Virus record (IMG/VR): IMGVR_UViG_3300049012_000007
Location: 1 to 42,199 of that record
Direction: 5' to 3' (one strand)
Source: a virus
Lineage: Duplodnaviria > Caudoviricetes
Length of the DNA stretch: 42,199 nt
Below, piece by piece: positions 26,175 to 35,148 of the stretch (within the stretch, counting starts at the first letter, position 1; every line of letters begins with the position of its first letter). Under the pieces are notes generated by a model. It did not search any database. It had not been told where the DNA came from and saw only the letters and a program-made list of their open reading frames with translations. Made by a program: the position numbers and the translations under genes.

Positions 26175-28301
26175 ATGCGCCAGTTACTATCTTACATCGA
26201 CAACCCGAATATTGCTGAGGACGTTAGCGAAGACCGCTTAAAGAAAATCGGCGAGAAAGTCTGCGAGGACTACGGTAAAGACCGTGACTCTATGTCTGAT
26301 TGGTCTAAAGCTGTTGACCGAGGTATGCGCATTGCCAAGCCAGCTGACGCGCCAAAATCGTTTCCGTGGGACGGCGCGAGTAACTACAAGTCTAGCCTGA
26401 TTTATGAGGCGGTTATTAGCTTTGGAGACCGTGTTGCGAGTGAGATTCTGTCAGAGAAAGCCTTGGTCAAAGGCTGCTTAACCGGCGTCGAGTCAGAAGA
26501 AAAGAACATGCGTATGACTCGCGTCGCTAAGTTTATGAACTGGCAGTTCAACTACGAGATGAAAGAGTGGCGCGATGAGCAGGAGCAGGCGCTTTACGCA
26601 TTAGCCGCTTGTGGCGCATTCTTTAAGAAAACATTCTTCGACCCGACTGAAGGGAAGAACGTCAGCTATCCAATCTTTTACCCTAACTTCGCTGTCAATC
26701 AGAATGAGAAATCGATGTCAGCAATGACTCGGTTTACTGAGTGCAAAAACTACACTGACAACGAGATAGAAGAACGCATTCGTGCAGGCATTTGGATTGA
26801 CCAAGACTACAATCAGAATGACGACGACAAAGACAACGAGGATGGCGATGAGGCTGGAAAGCAGGAAATCACTGACAACTTCATTGAGCAATGCACATCG
26901 ATTGACTTAGATGATGACGGGTACGCAGAGCCTTATATTGTCACGGTACACAAGCAATCGGGCATGGTTGCGCGTATCGTTGCTCGCTTTGACAAGTCAT
27001 CAATCTTGGTTAAAGTTCAGGATGGTGTGGTTGCGCCACTGAATCAGATTGAGCCACAGATTAGACAGCAGGTGGCGCAAGAGAAGCTTCAAGAAGTACT
27101 GCAGATGCAGCCGGAAGATGCTGAAACAATGACTGAAGACAAGCTGATGTCCGAAGTCGATGATGCAGTTTACGGAAAAATGCAGATTGTCAAAATCAAG
27201 CCAACTGGATTAATCACTAAATACGGTTTCGTTGTTGCACCTGATGGCACATTCCTCAACTGGGGATACTGCCATCTGTTAGCGTCACAGTCAGAGCTTA
27301 TCAACACGACAACAAACCAGCTGATTGATGCTGGCTCTTTGGCAAACCTTCCGTCCGGATACAAGTCAAAAGAGTTCCGCCAAAACAAAACGCCTATGCG
27401 CATGAAGCCTGGCGAAATTACGCAAGTTGATGTGCCTGCAGACGTACTTAAAAACGGCCTGCTGTTCAACCAATTCCGTGAGCCATCTGCCGGATTGATG
27501 CAACTCAATGAAATGACCAAGGCAGAAGCTCGCAACATGACTGCCATTGTCAATCTCGAAGGCACTATTGCACCTAACGCCCCTGCAGCGACCACGCTTG
27601 GCATTCTGCAAGAGAAGATGATGCCAACCACAACTCTGATTGGTCGCGTGTTACGGTCGATGTCTGAAGAATTCAGCAAGATGTTTGACCTAAATGCTAA
27701 GTACACAGACCCGCAGTTGTATCAACAGGTTTTAGACGACCCGCAAGCTGACTATCAGCAAGACTTCACGCGCCAAGGCTATGACATTGAGCCAACCGCA
27801 GACGCAAGCAAATCAAGTCAAATGCAACAGATGCAAACGGCAACGGTATTGCTTGAGCTGTTGCCAATCTTTGACGCACCAACGCCTGCCAAGATTGCTA
27901 TTGCTGAGCGCGTGTTGAATACCATTGGAGAAACCGAGCTATTGCCAAAACTTCTGCAACAACCACAGCAAGACCCGCAGATGATGGCGATGGAGCAGGA
28001 GCGCCTACAGGTCGAACAGATGAACATGCAGCTACAGCAGCAGAATAACGACCTACTGACCAAGCAGCATGAAATCAAGATGGCAGAGCTTGAGATTAAC
28101 AGGATGAAACTGCAGCTAGACCAACAAGAGCTGCAACGGAAGCTGAAAGAAGGTAATGACAATCTCGCAGTGCAGGTTGCTAAGTTGGAATCAGAAGCTG
28201 AGCGCAATCAAGCTGATGCCGGACTGAAGAATGCACAAGAGATTAAGACCTTAGCGGAGGCTGCGCAGATAGGCAGAGAGCCTGAGCGTGAAGAGATGTA
28301 G
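26175..28301 (+). CDS. Portal protein
   Basis: 708 aa after terL; 'FPWDGASN', 'FKKTFFD', 'NQLIDAG.LANL', 'AATTLG'; Gln-rich C-terminal coiled coil. Confidence 0.9.
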   Translation: MRQLLSYIDNPNIAEDVSEDRLKKIGEKVCEDYGKDRDSMSDWSKAVDRGMRIAKPADAPKSFPWDGASNYKSSLIYEAVISFGDRVASEILSEKALVKGCLTGVESEEKNMRMTRVAKFMNWQFNYEMKEWRDEQEQALYALAACGAFFKKTFFDPTEGKNVSYPIFYPNFAVNQNEKSMSAMTRFTECKNYTDNEIEERIRAGIWIDQDYNQNDDDKDNEDGDEAGKQEITDNFIEQCTSIDLDDDGYAEPYIVTVHKQSGMVARIVARFDKSSILVKVQDGVVAPLNQIEPQIRQQVAQEKLQEVLQMQPEDAETMTEDKLMSEVDDAVYGKMQIVKIKPTGLITKYGFVVAPDGTFLNWGYCHLLASQSELINTTTNQLIDAGSLANLPSGYKSKEFRQNKTPMRMKPGEITQVDVPADVLKNGLLFNQFREPSAGLMQLNEMTKAEARNMTAIVNLEGTIAPNAPAATTLGILQEKMMPTTTLIGRVLRSMSEEFSKMFDLNAKYTDPQLYQQVLDDPQADYQQDFTRQGYDIEPTADASKSSQMQQMQTATVLLELLPIFDAPTPAKIAIAERVLNTIGETELLPKLLQQPQQDPQMMAMEQERLQVEQMNMQLQQQNNDLLTKQHEIKMAELEINRMKLQLDQQELQRKLKEGNDNLAVQVAKLESEAERNQADAGLKNAQEIKTLAEAAQIGREPEREEM

Positions 28302-28324
28302 AAAGGGGCTTACGCCCCTTTTTT
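28302..28324. terminator. Terminator between convergent genes (probably bidirectional)
   Basis: AAAGGGGC-TTAC-GCCCCTTTTTT. Confidence 0.8.
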
Positions 28325-28762
28325 GTCACTTGAGCAATACTCACGCTTGAATATCTCCTTCATTCCCTGCATTTCAATCTTGCTTGGCATTCTGTCGAAT
28401 GGCGAAGACCTCAACAACTCGGCGTCAGATAGCTGTCTCTCTGCCTCTTTAAACGTAGCAAGATTTCCGCTGCCATCAACCAAAGAAAACGCTCTGTTTA
28501 TATTAATTCCTGCATTAAGATTATCCATCATTCGCTTTCTTGCTTGCTCTACGTCAAGCTTACCTATTTTAGCCTCTTTCTCCATCTGCCTAACTCTGCG
28601 CTGCCAAGAGGCTTCAAGCCACACATTTATAATAGGTGAGTTTCCACCATAGCCTCCTCTGTCCATAACCTCCTGCACCATAGCTTTGAATGCCATTTCG
28701 TAATCATCGGCTTGATTTGACCCTCTGCACATATAAACATCATAGGATTTGCTCATAATCAT
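28310..28762 (-). CDS. Moron-like hypothetical protein
   Basis: 150 aa on the opposite strand within the head region. Confidence 0.65.
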   Translation of the reverse strand: MIMSKSYDVYMCRGSNQADDYEMAFKAMVQEVMDRGGYGGNSPIINVWLEASWQRRVRQMEKEAKIGKLDVEQARKRMMDNLNAGININRAFSLVDGSGNLATFKEAERQLSDAELLRSSPFDRMPSKIEMQGMKEIFKREYCSSDKKGA

Positions 28763-28947
28763 TACCTAGAGGCAAAACAAGCTGCAAAAAAAGATATTGT
28801 AAATATTACGTGCGCAGCAACAAGTGATTTGTCGATGACGGAATTGGAGTGTCGGTATCTAGCGTAAAGCCAATCAAAAAGAATTAGCCATAATCCCAGA
28901 ACGCACAGCGACAAAGCGGTAAAAATAAAAGCAAATAAAAATTCCAT
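28762..28947 (-). CDS. Small two-TM membrane protein
   Basis: GGAGGG RBS; two hydrophobic helices. Confidence 0.65.
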   Translation of the reverse strand: MEFLFAFIFTALSLCVLGLWLILFDWLYARYRHSNSVIDKSLVAAHVIFTISFFAACFASR

Positions 28948-28969
28948 AATTCCCTCCAATTAAAACCGC

Positions 28970-29009
28970 ACCATATCACACCTCTACATCTAACGTGGTC
29001 CGACCACAG
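28970..29009 (-). promoter_or_regulatory. FadR-like box + extended -10 promoter E
   Basis: Perfect GTGGTC-C-GACCAC at 28995-29007 (centre 29001); TGTGA-TATGGT (-12 at 28975); 26 bp. Confidence 0.75.
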
Positions 29010-29079
29010 CTTGACAATTATTTGACGCTGCGCCAAAATATTGACACAAAGATTCCCCATAGACAAAGAGACCAAAGAT

Positions 29080-29319
29080 ATGACCGACCCGCTAGGTATC
29101 GACGCACTAATAGACCGCAAGCGTCACGAAATAAACGACTTCACCCAACCGGAAGAAGTTTGGCAAGTTTGGCACAACCATCCCATCACGAAACATCTAT
29201 TCTCCACACTTCAAATGGAACTCTACAACCAGAAAGAATCCGGCGCAGCTGTCACATGCCCGCAGGTTATCGGCTTGCTTGAGCGCTATTTGGCATTTGA
29301 TGAGGGGAATAGCAAATGA
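29080..29319 (+). CDS. Hypothetical protein (conserved position before GroES-like gene)
   Basis: 'EEVWQVWHNHPITK' motif; synteny. Confidence 0.6.
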   Translation: MTDPLGIDALIDRKRHEINDFTQPEEVWQVWHNHPITKHLFSTLQMELYNQKESGAAVTCPQVIGLLERYLAFDEGNSK

Positions 29320-29633
29320 TTAACCCTACCGGATATTTCGTGCTCATCGAAACAGACGAGCCAGAAGTTAAATCTAATGGCGGCATTGTCTTAGCTACAG
29401 CAGAGATTGCTGACCGTATGGATGAGGCTGTGTCAACTGGCCACATTAAGGCATTTGGCCCAATGGCGTTTAAGGGGTTGTCCTGCGGCTGCAACTCACC
29501 TGAAGATTGGGGTGTGAAGGTGGGCGATAAGGTTGAATTCCTGAGCTACGACGGCAAGAGACCACAAGCGGCAGGGCGCAAGACTAAGCTACGCTTAATC
29601 ACTGACCAGCACATCATTTGCAAGGTGGAATAA
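29316..29633 (+). CDS. GroES-like co-chaperonin
   Basis: 'PTGYFVLI...KSNGGIVL...G.IKAFGP...VKVGDKVEF..Y.G...LITDQHIICKV'. Confidence 0.9.
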   Translation: MINPTGYFVLIETDEPEVKSNGGIVLATAEIADRMDEAVSTGHIKAFGPMAFKGLSCGCNSPEDWGVKVGDKVEFLSYDGKRPQAAGRKTKLRLITDQHIICKVE

Positions 29634-29872
29634 TGAGATATATCAGGAAAAACGCATTTATCAATGCCACTCAGTGGACTGGAGAAAACTACGACGATTT
29701 ATTTGAGCTTACAGATAAAAACGTAGTTTTTTCAGACCACACCGGACTGCTCTACTTTGACGGATGTAAGTGGGGTCCTGTCGCAGTCGGCAGCTACTTC
29801 ATCAAGCGGAATGGCGCATTCTCAGTATTCTTAGAGGGTGAGTTCAACTCAATGTATGAGGTTGCAGAATGA
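29633..29872 (+). CDS. Hypothetical protein
   Basis: 'INATQWTGEN...GSYFIK..G.F' phage motif. Confidence 0.65.
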   Translation: MRYIRKNAFINATQWTGENYDDLFELTDKNVVFSDHTGLLYFDGCKWGPVAVGSYFIKRNGAFSVFLEGEFNSMYEVAE

Positions 29873-30804
29873 GCGATTACCAAGAAGAAATCACCGAATC
29901 GTCCAGCTCTCACCAGGATGAAGCTATCCGCTCAGCGTTTGGTCTTGAGCCTGAAGATGTAAAGCCAGAGCCTGAAGATAAGCTAGAAACGGACAGCGAG
30001 CCTGAACTGCAGCAGGAAGAGGCGGCGCCAGACCCTGAAGAATCCAAAGCCAGACAGCACGGCTGGACTAGCAAATCTGAATGGGTTGAGCAAGGCAAGA
30101 ATCCAGACGATTGGGTTAACGCCAAACACTTTAACGACAAAGGCGAGTTAATCCGCCAAAGTCGAGAGCTGAAAAATCTGGAAAAGACGTTTACTGAGCG
30201 CGTGCAAAACGTTCAGAAGCTAGCTCAAATGCAGGCGCAAATCCAATTGCAAAACCTGCAGCAAGAGAATGAAAAGCTGAAGTTTGAGCGTCGGCAAGCT
30301 ATCAACTACGGCGACGTAGATGCAGTTGAGAAGCTAGACAGCCAGCTGATGAACAATGCGATTACGCAGGTTAACATTCAGCAGCAAATCCAGCAGCCAC
30401 AGCAACAAGGCCCGTCACAAGACGAGCTTGCAGTAGAAGCTGACTTTGAGCGCAACAACTCATGGATTTCAGTTACTGACCCACTGAGTCCTGACTTTGC
30501 TAAAGCCGAATACGCACGCCGCGCATATCAGCAGCTGTTGACCAGCGTGCCAGATGTCAATCAGCGCCTGCAGTTATTGCAACAAGAAATCACCAGCAAA
30601 TTCCCAACAAAACCGGCAGTGAATCCAAACCGAGACAAGGCGCCAATGACTGATTCAAAGTCTGGTCGCGTTAGCTCTAGTGGCGAATTAACTTGGGCTG
30701 ACCTGTCACCTGATGAAAAACATCAGTGGAACTCGTTTGGAGAATCAATGTTCGGTGACAAGAAATCATTCCTTAAAGCTGTCAAAGACAGCCGGAGAGC
30801 TTAA
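29869..30804 (+). CDS. Putative scaffolding protein
   Basis: Acidic N-terminus, 'A...GW....W' motif, coiled coil, upstream of capsid genes. Confidence 0.7.
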   Translation: MSDYQEEITESSSSHQDEAIRSAFGLEPEDVKPEPEDKLETDSEPELQQEEAAPDPEESKARQHGWTSKSEWVEQGKNPDDWVNAKHFNDKGELIRQSRELKNLEKTFTERVQNVQKLAQMQAQIQLQNLQQENEKLKFERRQAINYGDVDAVEKLDSQLMNNAITQVNIQQQIQQPQQQGPSQDELAVEADFERNNSWISVTDPLSPDFAKAEYARRAYQQLLTSVPDVNQRLQLLQQEITSKFPTKPAVNPNRDKAPMTDSKSGRVSSSGELTWADLSPDEKHQWNSFGESMFGDKKSFLKAVKDSRRA

Positions 30805-30806
30805 TC

Positions 30807-31229
30807 ATGGTAGGACGTCCACGCAGTACAGAAGCAGCAGCAAATAAAGCTGAAACACAACGCGATGAGCGCAAAACTGAGCGCGTGTCAATGGCTCAGA
30901 GTGAAATTCTTGCATATCAGCAAGAGGCGGGCTATCATTATCGCTGGTTTAACGCAAAACAAGAAGGTCGCATCGAGCAAGCAAAGCGCGCTTGGTACGA
31001 ACCAGTCTTAAATGCGGAAGGTGGCGAGGTGCGAGCGCACAAAAACGGCTCAGAGATGCTGTTAATGCGCATTCCGCAATCGTACTACCAAGAAGATTTC
31101 GTTCGTGGACAAAACAAAGTCAACGAGCAAACAGGCGAAAAAGTAGAGACCTTAAACACCTCAGGCGCAGTGCCTGATTATATTCCCGACGGGCAGAAAC
31201 GCGTTGCCCAGCGCGAGTATGACATCTAG
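30807..31229 (+). CDS. Head morphogenesis-associated protein
   Basis: 'GYHYRW.N...GRI..A....YEPV...LLMRIP'; synteny. Confidence 0.6.
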   Translation: MVGRPRSTEAAANKAETQRDERKTERVSMAQSEILAYQQEAGYHYRWFNAKQEGRIEQAKRAWYEPVLNAEGGEVRAHKNGSEMLLMRIPQSYYQEDFVRGQNKVNEQTGEKVETLNTSGAVPDYIPDGQKRVAQREYDI

Positions 31230-31318
31230 AGACCACAATAGCTCGCCGTGCATTCTGCATTATTGGCAACGAGCAAAACCAAACAATCTCAATTTGACAA
31301 ACTCACGAGGGTTTAAAC

Positions 31319-31864
31319 ATGGGTTACTCCGTATATAATGCGGGTGGCAACACATCAGAAAATGCGGGCAAGGTTCGCCGTGTTTATGTTGATGCTGCAC
31401 ACGCTACATTGATCGCACCTGGCGATTTAGTCCGCGCAACTGGCACCGCTGACGCCGAAGGCACTGCAGCTGTTGACGCTTTAACCGCAACCGGCCAACA
31501 AGTTTTTGGCGTCGTTGCATCTGTTGATTATCGAGTTGCAGGCGAAGCACTAAGCCGTACCGGCTTACCTGCTGGCACCGCTGGCTATCTGTACGTACAG
31601 TGCGACCCTGCGCTGTGGATGGAAGCTCCGGTAGCTAACGGTCCATTGCTGGTTACTGACGTTGGCCTGAACGTTGACTCTACATTCACCGCAGCAACTA
31701 ACAGCGGCTTGTTAGACATCAGCAACATGGTCATCAACGCAACTGGCAAAAACACCACTGCAACACTGCAATTACGTGTGCAACAGTTACTGCCAGACGC
31801 TAACGGTGTGTTGGGCAACCGCGCACTCGTTTCTATCAACAACCAATCAGCGACGGGGGTATAA
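31319..31864 (+). CDS. Putative capsid cement/minor capsid protein
   Basis: Beta-rich, directly upstream of major capsid protein; GAGG RBS. Confidence 0.6.
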   Translation: MGYSVYNAGGNTSENAGKVRRVYVDAAHATLIAPGDLVRATGTADAEGTAAVDALTATGQQVFGVVASVDYRVAGEALSRTGLPAGTAGYLYVQCDPALWMEAPVANGPLLVTDVGLNVDSTFTAATNSGLLDISNMVINATGKNTTATLQLRVQQLLPDANGVLGNRALVSINNQSATGV

Positions 31865-31867
31865 GTC

Positions 31868-32788
31868 ATGGCTGGTACTATTACACGTGGTAATTTTCCC
31901 CGTCTATTACAAGATGGTTTAAAGTCGGTCTTTGGCCAGACTTACGACAAGCACCCAGAAGAATGGTCAAAAATCTTCGATAAAGAAACCTCGAAAAAGG
32001 CTTTCGAAATCGACCAGATGATTGAAGGTTTCGGCTTGGCGGCAGTTAAGGCTGAAGGTTCTGACGTTGCGTTCGACGACTTCCGGCAATCATTTGCACC
32101 AAAGTACAACCACGTAACAGTGGGTAAAGGCTTCGTAGTGACTGAAGAAGCGTTAGAAGATGAGCTGTACGGCGTTATGAACAAGAAAGCTCGTATGCTG
32201 GCGTTCTCGATGCAGCAGACCAAAGAGATTTTCCACGCCAACATCCTGAATCGCGCATTCAACAGCGCTTTCACTATGGTTGATGGCGATGGTCAATCAC
32301 TGAACTCTACTGCTCACCCGCTTGGCCCTTCAGGCGGCACGTTCAGTAACCGTTTAGCAATCGACGCGGATTTATCAGAAGCCTCTATTGAGGACATGCT
32401 GATCCAAATTGGTAAAGCAGTTGATTCTCGCGGCTTAAAAATCAAGCTGCAAGGTAAAAAACTGATTATCCCAGTTGACCTGCAATTCGAAGCTGAGCGC
32501 ATTCTGAAATCAACGCTGCAGAATGACACTGCAAACAACGCTATCAATGCAATCAAGTCTACCGGCATGCTGTCTGAAGTCGTAGTTAACCACTACCTGA
32601 CCTCTGCAGACGCTTGGTGGATTAAAACTGATGCAATGTATGGCTTGCAGCACATGATGCGTCGTGCGATTGATTTCGGTGAAGACAACAGCTTCCTGAG
32701 TGGCAATGCTCGCTTTAAAGCGACTGAGCGCTACTCTGCTGGCTGGTCTGACCCTCGCGGCCTTTACGGCACCGCTGGTACTGCGTAA
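31868..32788 (+). CDS. Major capsid protein (Mu gpT-like family, HK97 fold)
   Basis: 'GFGLAAVKAEG', 'TEEALED.LY', 'L.STAHP', 'ERYSAGWSDPRG.YG'; followed by a terminator. Confidence 0.9.
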   Translation: MAGTITRGNFPRLLQDGLKSVFGQTYDKHPEEWSKIFDKETSKKAFEIDQMIEGFGLAAVKAEGSDVAFDDFRQSFAPKYNHVTVGKGFVVTEEALEDELYGVMNKKARMLAFSMQQTKEIFHANILNRAFNSAFTMVDGDGQSLNSTAHPLGPSGGTFSNRLAIDADLSEASIEDMLIQIGKAVDSRGLKIKLQGKKLIIPVDLQFEAERILKSTLQNDTANNAINAIKSTGMLSEVVVNHYLTSADAWWIKTDAMYGLQHMMRRAIDFGEDNSFLSGNARFKATERYSAGWSDPRGLYGTAGTA

Positions 32789-32794
32789 CAATGG

Positions 32795-32822
32795 TGGGCG
32801 GCGAAAGTCGCCCATTTTCTTT
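32795..32822 (+). terminator. Intrinsic terminator after the capsid gene
   Basis: TGGGCGGC-GAAA-GTCGCCCA followed by TTTTCTTT. Confidence 0.85.
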
Positions 32823-32846
32823 GCTGTAAAATAGGACGCTGAAGCA

Positions 32847-34061
32847 ATGGGTTACATCATATTCGCAACCGGCAGGCGGGTAACTATTGCCACAGCGATT
32901 ACCGGTAACGCAGGCACATCTACATACAGCTTTCGCATCAGGTCTGGCCCTAACGGCATCACAGTGCCTGCAAGCGGTATTGCTGGCTTCATTGGTACAT
33001 CTCAAGCAACCGGCTCAAACGGTCTTGTTGTTAACTCATCAGGTCAGATTCGGGTATATCGTAGCGGCACAAACCTATATGGCTCGACATCTGCACTTAT
33101 CACTAGCGGCGTTCAGTTTGACTACACATTAAGCCATACTGCCGGAACTGGCGCGTGGGACATATTCAACAACTTAACCGGAACTCCAACCGGCGAAAGC
33201 GGCACGTATACAACGGCTCAGTTGTGGACCAGCGGTACAAACGGCTTAAACCAGCTTGGACGGTCTAGCAGCACCAACACAGTTTACCTTGTCGGCGATA
33301 TGGAAATCATTGCCATCACCGGCTTAACCAACAGCCAGGAATACGACGCAAGCCTATCCGGCGGCACAGGCTTAACTCTGCCAACAACGAGCGGAAGCAA
33401 CCAAGGCACACTTGATGGATTTGGCGCAACAGACGCAGATAACTGGGGCGGCTTTGGCCCGTCTGCAACATTTGCCGGAACCTTACCAAAACTAACCGCA
33501 GCTATTTCAGCGACAGTATCGAGTGGTATCAGTGCATCGTTTAGTGCAACGCTTCCCAAGTTAACTGCCGCAATATCAGCCGATACAACAATTGGCGTTA
33601 ATGCTTCATTCGCCGGTACGCTGCCAAAACTTAGAGCAAGCATCAGCGCAACAGTCAGCACTGGCACAGATAGCTTATCTTTCAGCGGCACGCTTCCAAA
33701 GTTAAGAGCGAGTATATCAGCGACAGTTAGTGCTGCACCGAATAGCTTATCTTTCGCAGGGGCACTGCCGAAACTCAGAGCGTCTATCTCAGCAACGGTA
33801 TCACTGCCGCCACCGCTAGTTGCATTCTCTGGCACATTGCCGAGATTAAGAATGCAAGCGGCAATGACCATCCAAGTGCCTGAGCCTGCAGGTGATCCAC
33901 TTGCGCTAAAGCAAGCATTAGTAAACGCACGACGCGCAGAAGAAAACAGAAACAATGAATACGTGCCACCGGTCGTTATCGTTCCGGAGTGGTACATTAT
34001 CCAGCAACGCGCTCTTGGCTTAAAACAAGGCGAAGTCAACAGAGCAAGAGACGAGGAATAA
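32847..34061 (+). CDS. Virion fibre-like protein: lectin/LamG-like N-terminus + six tandem 23-24 aa repeats
   Basis: Repeat consensus F(A/S)GTLPKL(R/T)A(S/A)ISATVS. Confidence 0.6.
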   Translation: MGYIIFATGRRVTIATAITGNAGTSTYSFRIRSGPNGITVPASGIAGFIGTSQATGSNGLVVNSSGQIRVYRSGTNLYGSTSALITSGVQFDYTLSHTAGTGAWDIFNNLTGTPTGESGTYTTAQLWTSGTNGLNQLGRSSSTNTVYLVGDMEIIAITGLTNSQEYDASLSGGTGLTLPTTSGSNQGTLDGFGATDADNWGGFGPSATFAGTLPKLTAAISATVSSGISASFSATLPKLTAAISADTTIGVNASFAGTLPKLRASISATVSTGTDSLSFSGTLPKLRASISATVSAAPNSLSFAGALPKLRASISATVSLPPPLVAFSGTLPRLRMQAAMTIQVPEPAGDPLALKQALVNARRAEENRNNEYVPPVVIVPEWYIIQQRALGLKQGEVNRARDEE

Positions 34062-34063
34062 AA

Positions 34064-34456
34064 ATGGCGATCACATTAGGTTTAATTTTACAAAACGCAA
34101 TGGCAAATCAGGTAACAACAACTATTGGTACTGATGAGTTTATTTTGTACTCAGGTACGCCACCAGCTAACGCTAAGGCTGCATTGTCTGGCAATACCGT
34201 ACTATCTACGCATACATTGACAGGTTTTGGCGCTGCGTCATCTGGCACAATCACAGCCAACGCAATCACGACAGTTAACGGCTCAGCCACCGGCACAGCT
34301 ACGTTCTGTCGAGTTGTAAAGGCGGGCACTGCGCAAGTTCAAGGCTCTGTAGGTTTGTCAGGCTCAGGCGCTGACTGTATCGTGACAAATACCACAGTGA
34401 CATCAGGTCAGCCGGTTGCTGTTACATCGTTTACATTTACAATGCCTGATGCGTAA
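34064..34456 (+). CDS. Small beta-sandwich virion protein
   Basis: GAGGA RBS; 'LYSGTPPANA...FGAASSG...GTATF.R...QGSVG.SG.D...V.VTSFT.T'. Confidence 0.65.
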   Translation: MAITLGLILQNAMANQVTTTIGTDEFILYSGTPPANAKAALSGNTVLSTHTLTGFGAASSGTITANAITTVNGSATGTATFCRVVKAGTAQVQGSVGLSGSGADCIVTNTTVTSGQPVAVTSFTFTMPDA

Positions 34457-34471
34457 TTTGAGTGGTGCGAT

Positions 34472-35074
34472 ATGAACCAAAAGACACGAATCAACGGCGA
34501 GAACTACACGCAGTTGCCAAGGCTAATTAGCCAAAAGATGTTCAACGGACGTGCAGGCTCGACGCTGGAAGTGTCTTTTACTGATGCCACTATGCAGTCA
34601 GGTGCGCCGATAGACACGCCTAAACAAGTGAAGTATGGCGCGCCCGCAACGTCACCAAGCGGCATTGTTGCTATTGATGCTATTGGCAACTTAACGGTGC
34701 TGCAAACTGGGCCATTGTTTATCAAAAGCCGATTGCGTGTCGGCAGAACTGGCGCATCTGGCATTTCGTCCATCTTCTTTTGGGTTGAAATAAGCCTAGA
34801 TGGTGGCGTAGTGTGGAATATTCTCGGCAACTCAATTGATGTAAGGCTAGACAACTCGACAGAAAACGATGTTTTCTTTGACTTCTCGACGCTGTTTTTG
34901 GACAAAGGGATAAAGCTGCGATCAATGTTTGCCAGGAGCTCAACCGGTGACAACTCAGGCGACTTGATGCCGTCAACGCCTAGCGCTGCGCTTCAGGCTT
35001 ATGGTGTGCCGATTGCGCCTAGTGCTCAGATTAGCATTTACAGGAGCAGAGATTACTTGTATCAACAGGAGTAA
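34472..35074 (+). CDS. Hypothetical beta-rich (probably virion) protein
   Basis: 200 aa in the structural operon. Confidence 0.55.
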   Translation: MNQKTRINGENYTQLPRLISQKMFNGRAGSTLEVSFTDATMQSGAPIDTPKQVKYGAPATSPSGIVAIDAIGNLTVLQTGPLFIKSRLRVGRTGASGISSIFFWVEISLDGGVVWNILGNSIDVRLDNSTENDVFFDFSTLFLDKGIKLRSMFARSSTGDNSGDLMPSTPSAALQAYGVPIAPSAQISIYRSRDYLYQQE

Positions 35075-35076
35075 AC

Positions 35077-35148
35077 ATGAAAGACAAAAAACCAGCCAAA
35101 GAAATGCCAGCCAAAGGGCGCAGACCAGCTAAACGAAAACCGTGCTAG
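35077..35148 (+). CDS. 23-aa basic peptide MKDKKPAKEMPAKGRRPAKRKPC
   Basis: AACAGGAGTAAAC RBS; translated by hand. Confidence 0.55.
   Translation: MKDKKPAKEMPAKGRRPAKRKPC

Noticed and set aside
31224-31236. GACCAC half-site before the capsid leader
   Set aside because: Left half does not match and the -10 spacing is off
32743-32755. CTGGTCTGACCCT, FadR-like sequence
   Set aside because: Encodes the conserved GWSDP of the capsid protein; no correctly spaced -10
32786-32847. Capsid readthrough or frameshift fusion to the downstream fibre gene
   Set aside because: TAA stop followed by a strong terminator; no slippery sequence seen
33460-33880. Possible DGR template/variable repeat pair
   Set aside because: No reverse transcriptase is encoded; the copies are tandem in-frame protein repeats and differences are not confined to adenines
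33284-34039. 251-aa antisense ORF and the many other shadow ORFs in the track
   Set aside because: They mirror codon bias of real genes on the other strand or frame and lack an RBS or recognisable motifs; Rz1 is the only supported embedded gene
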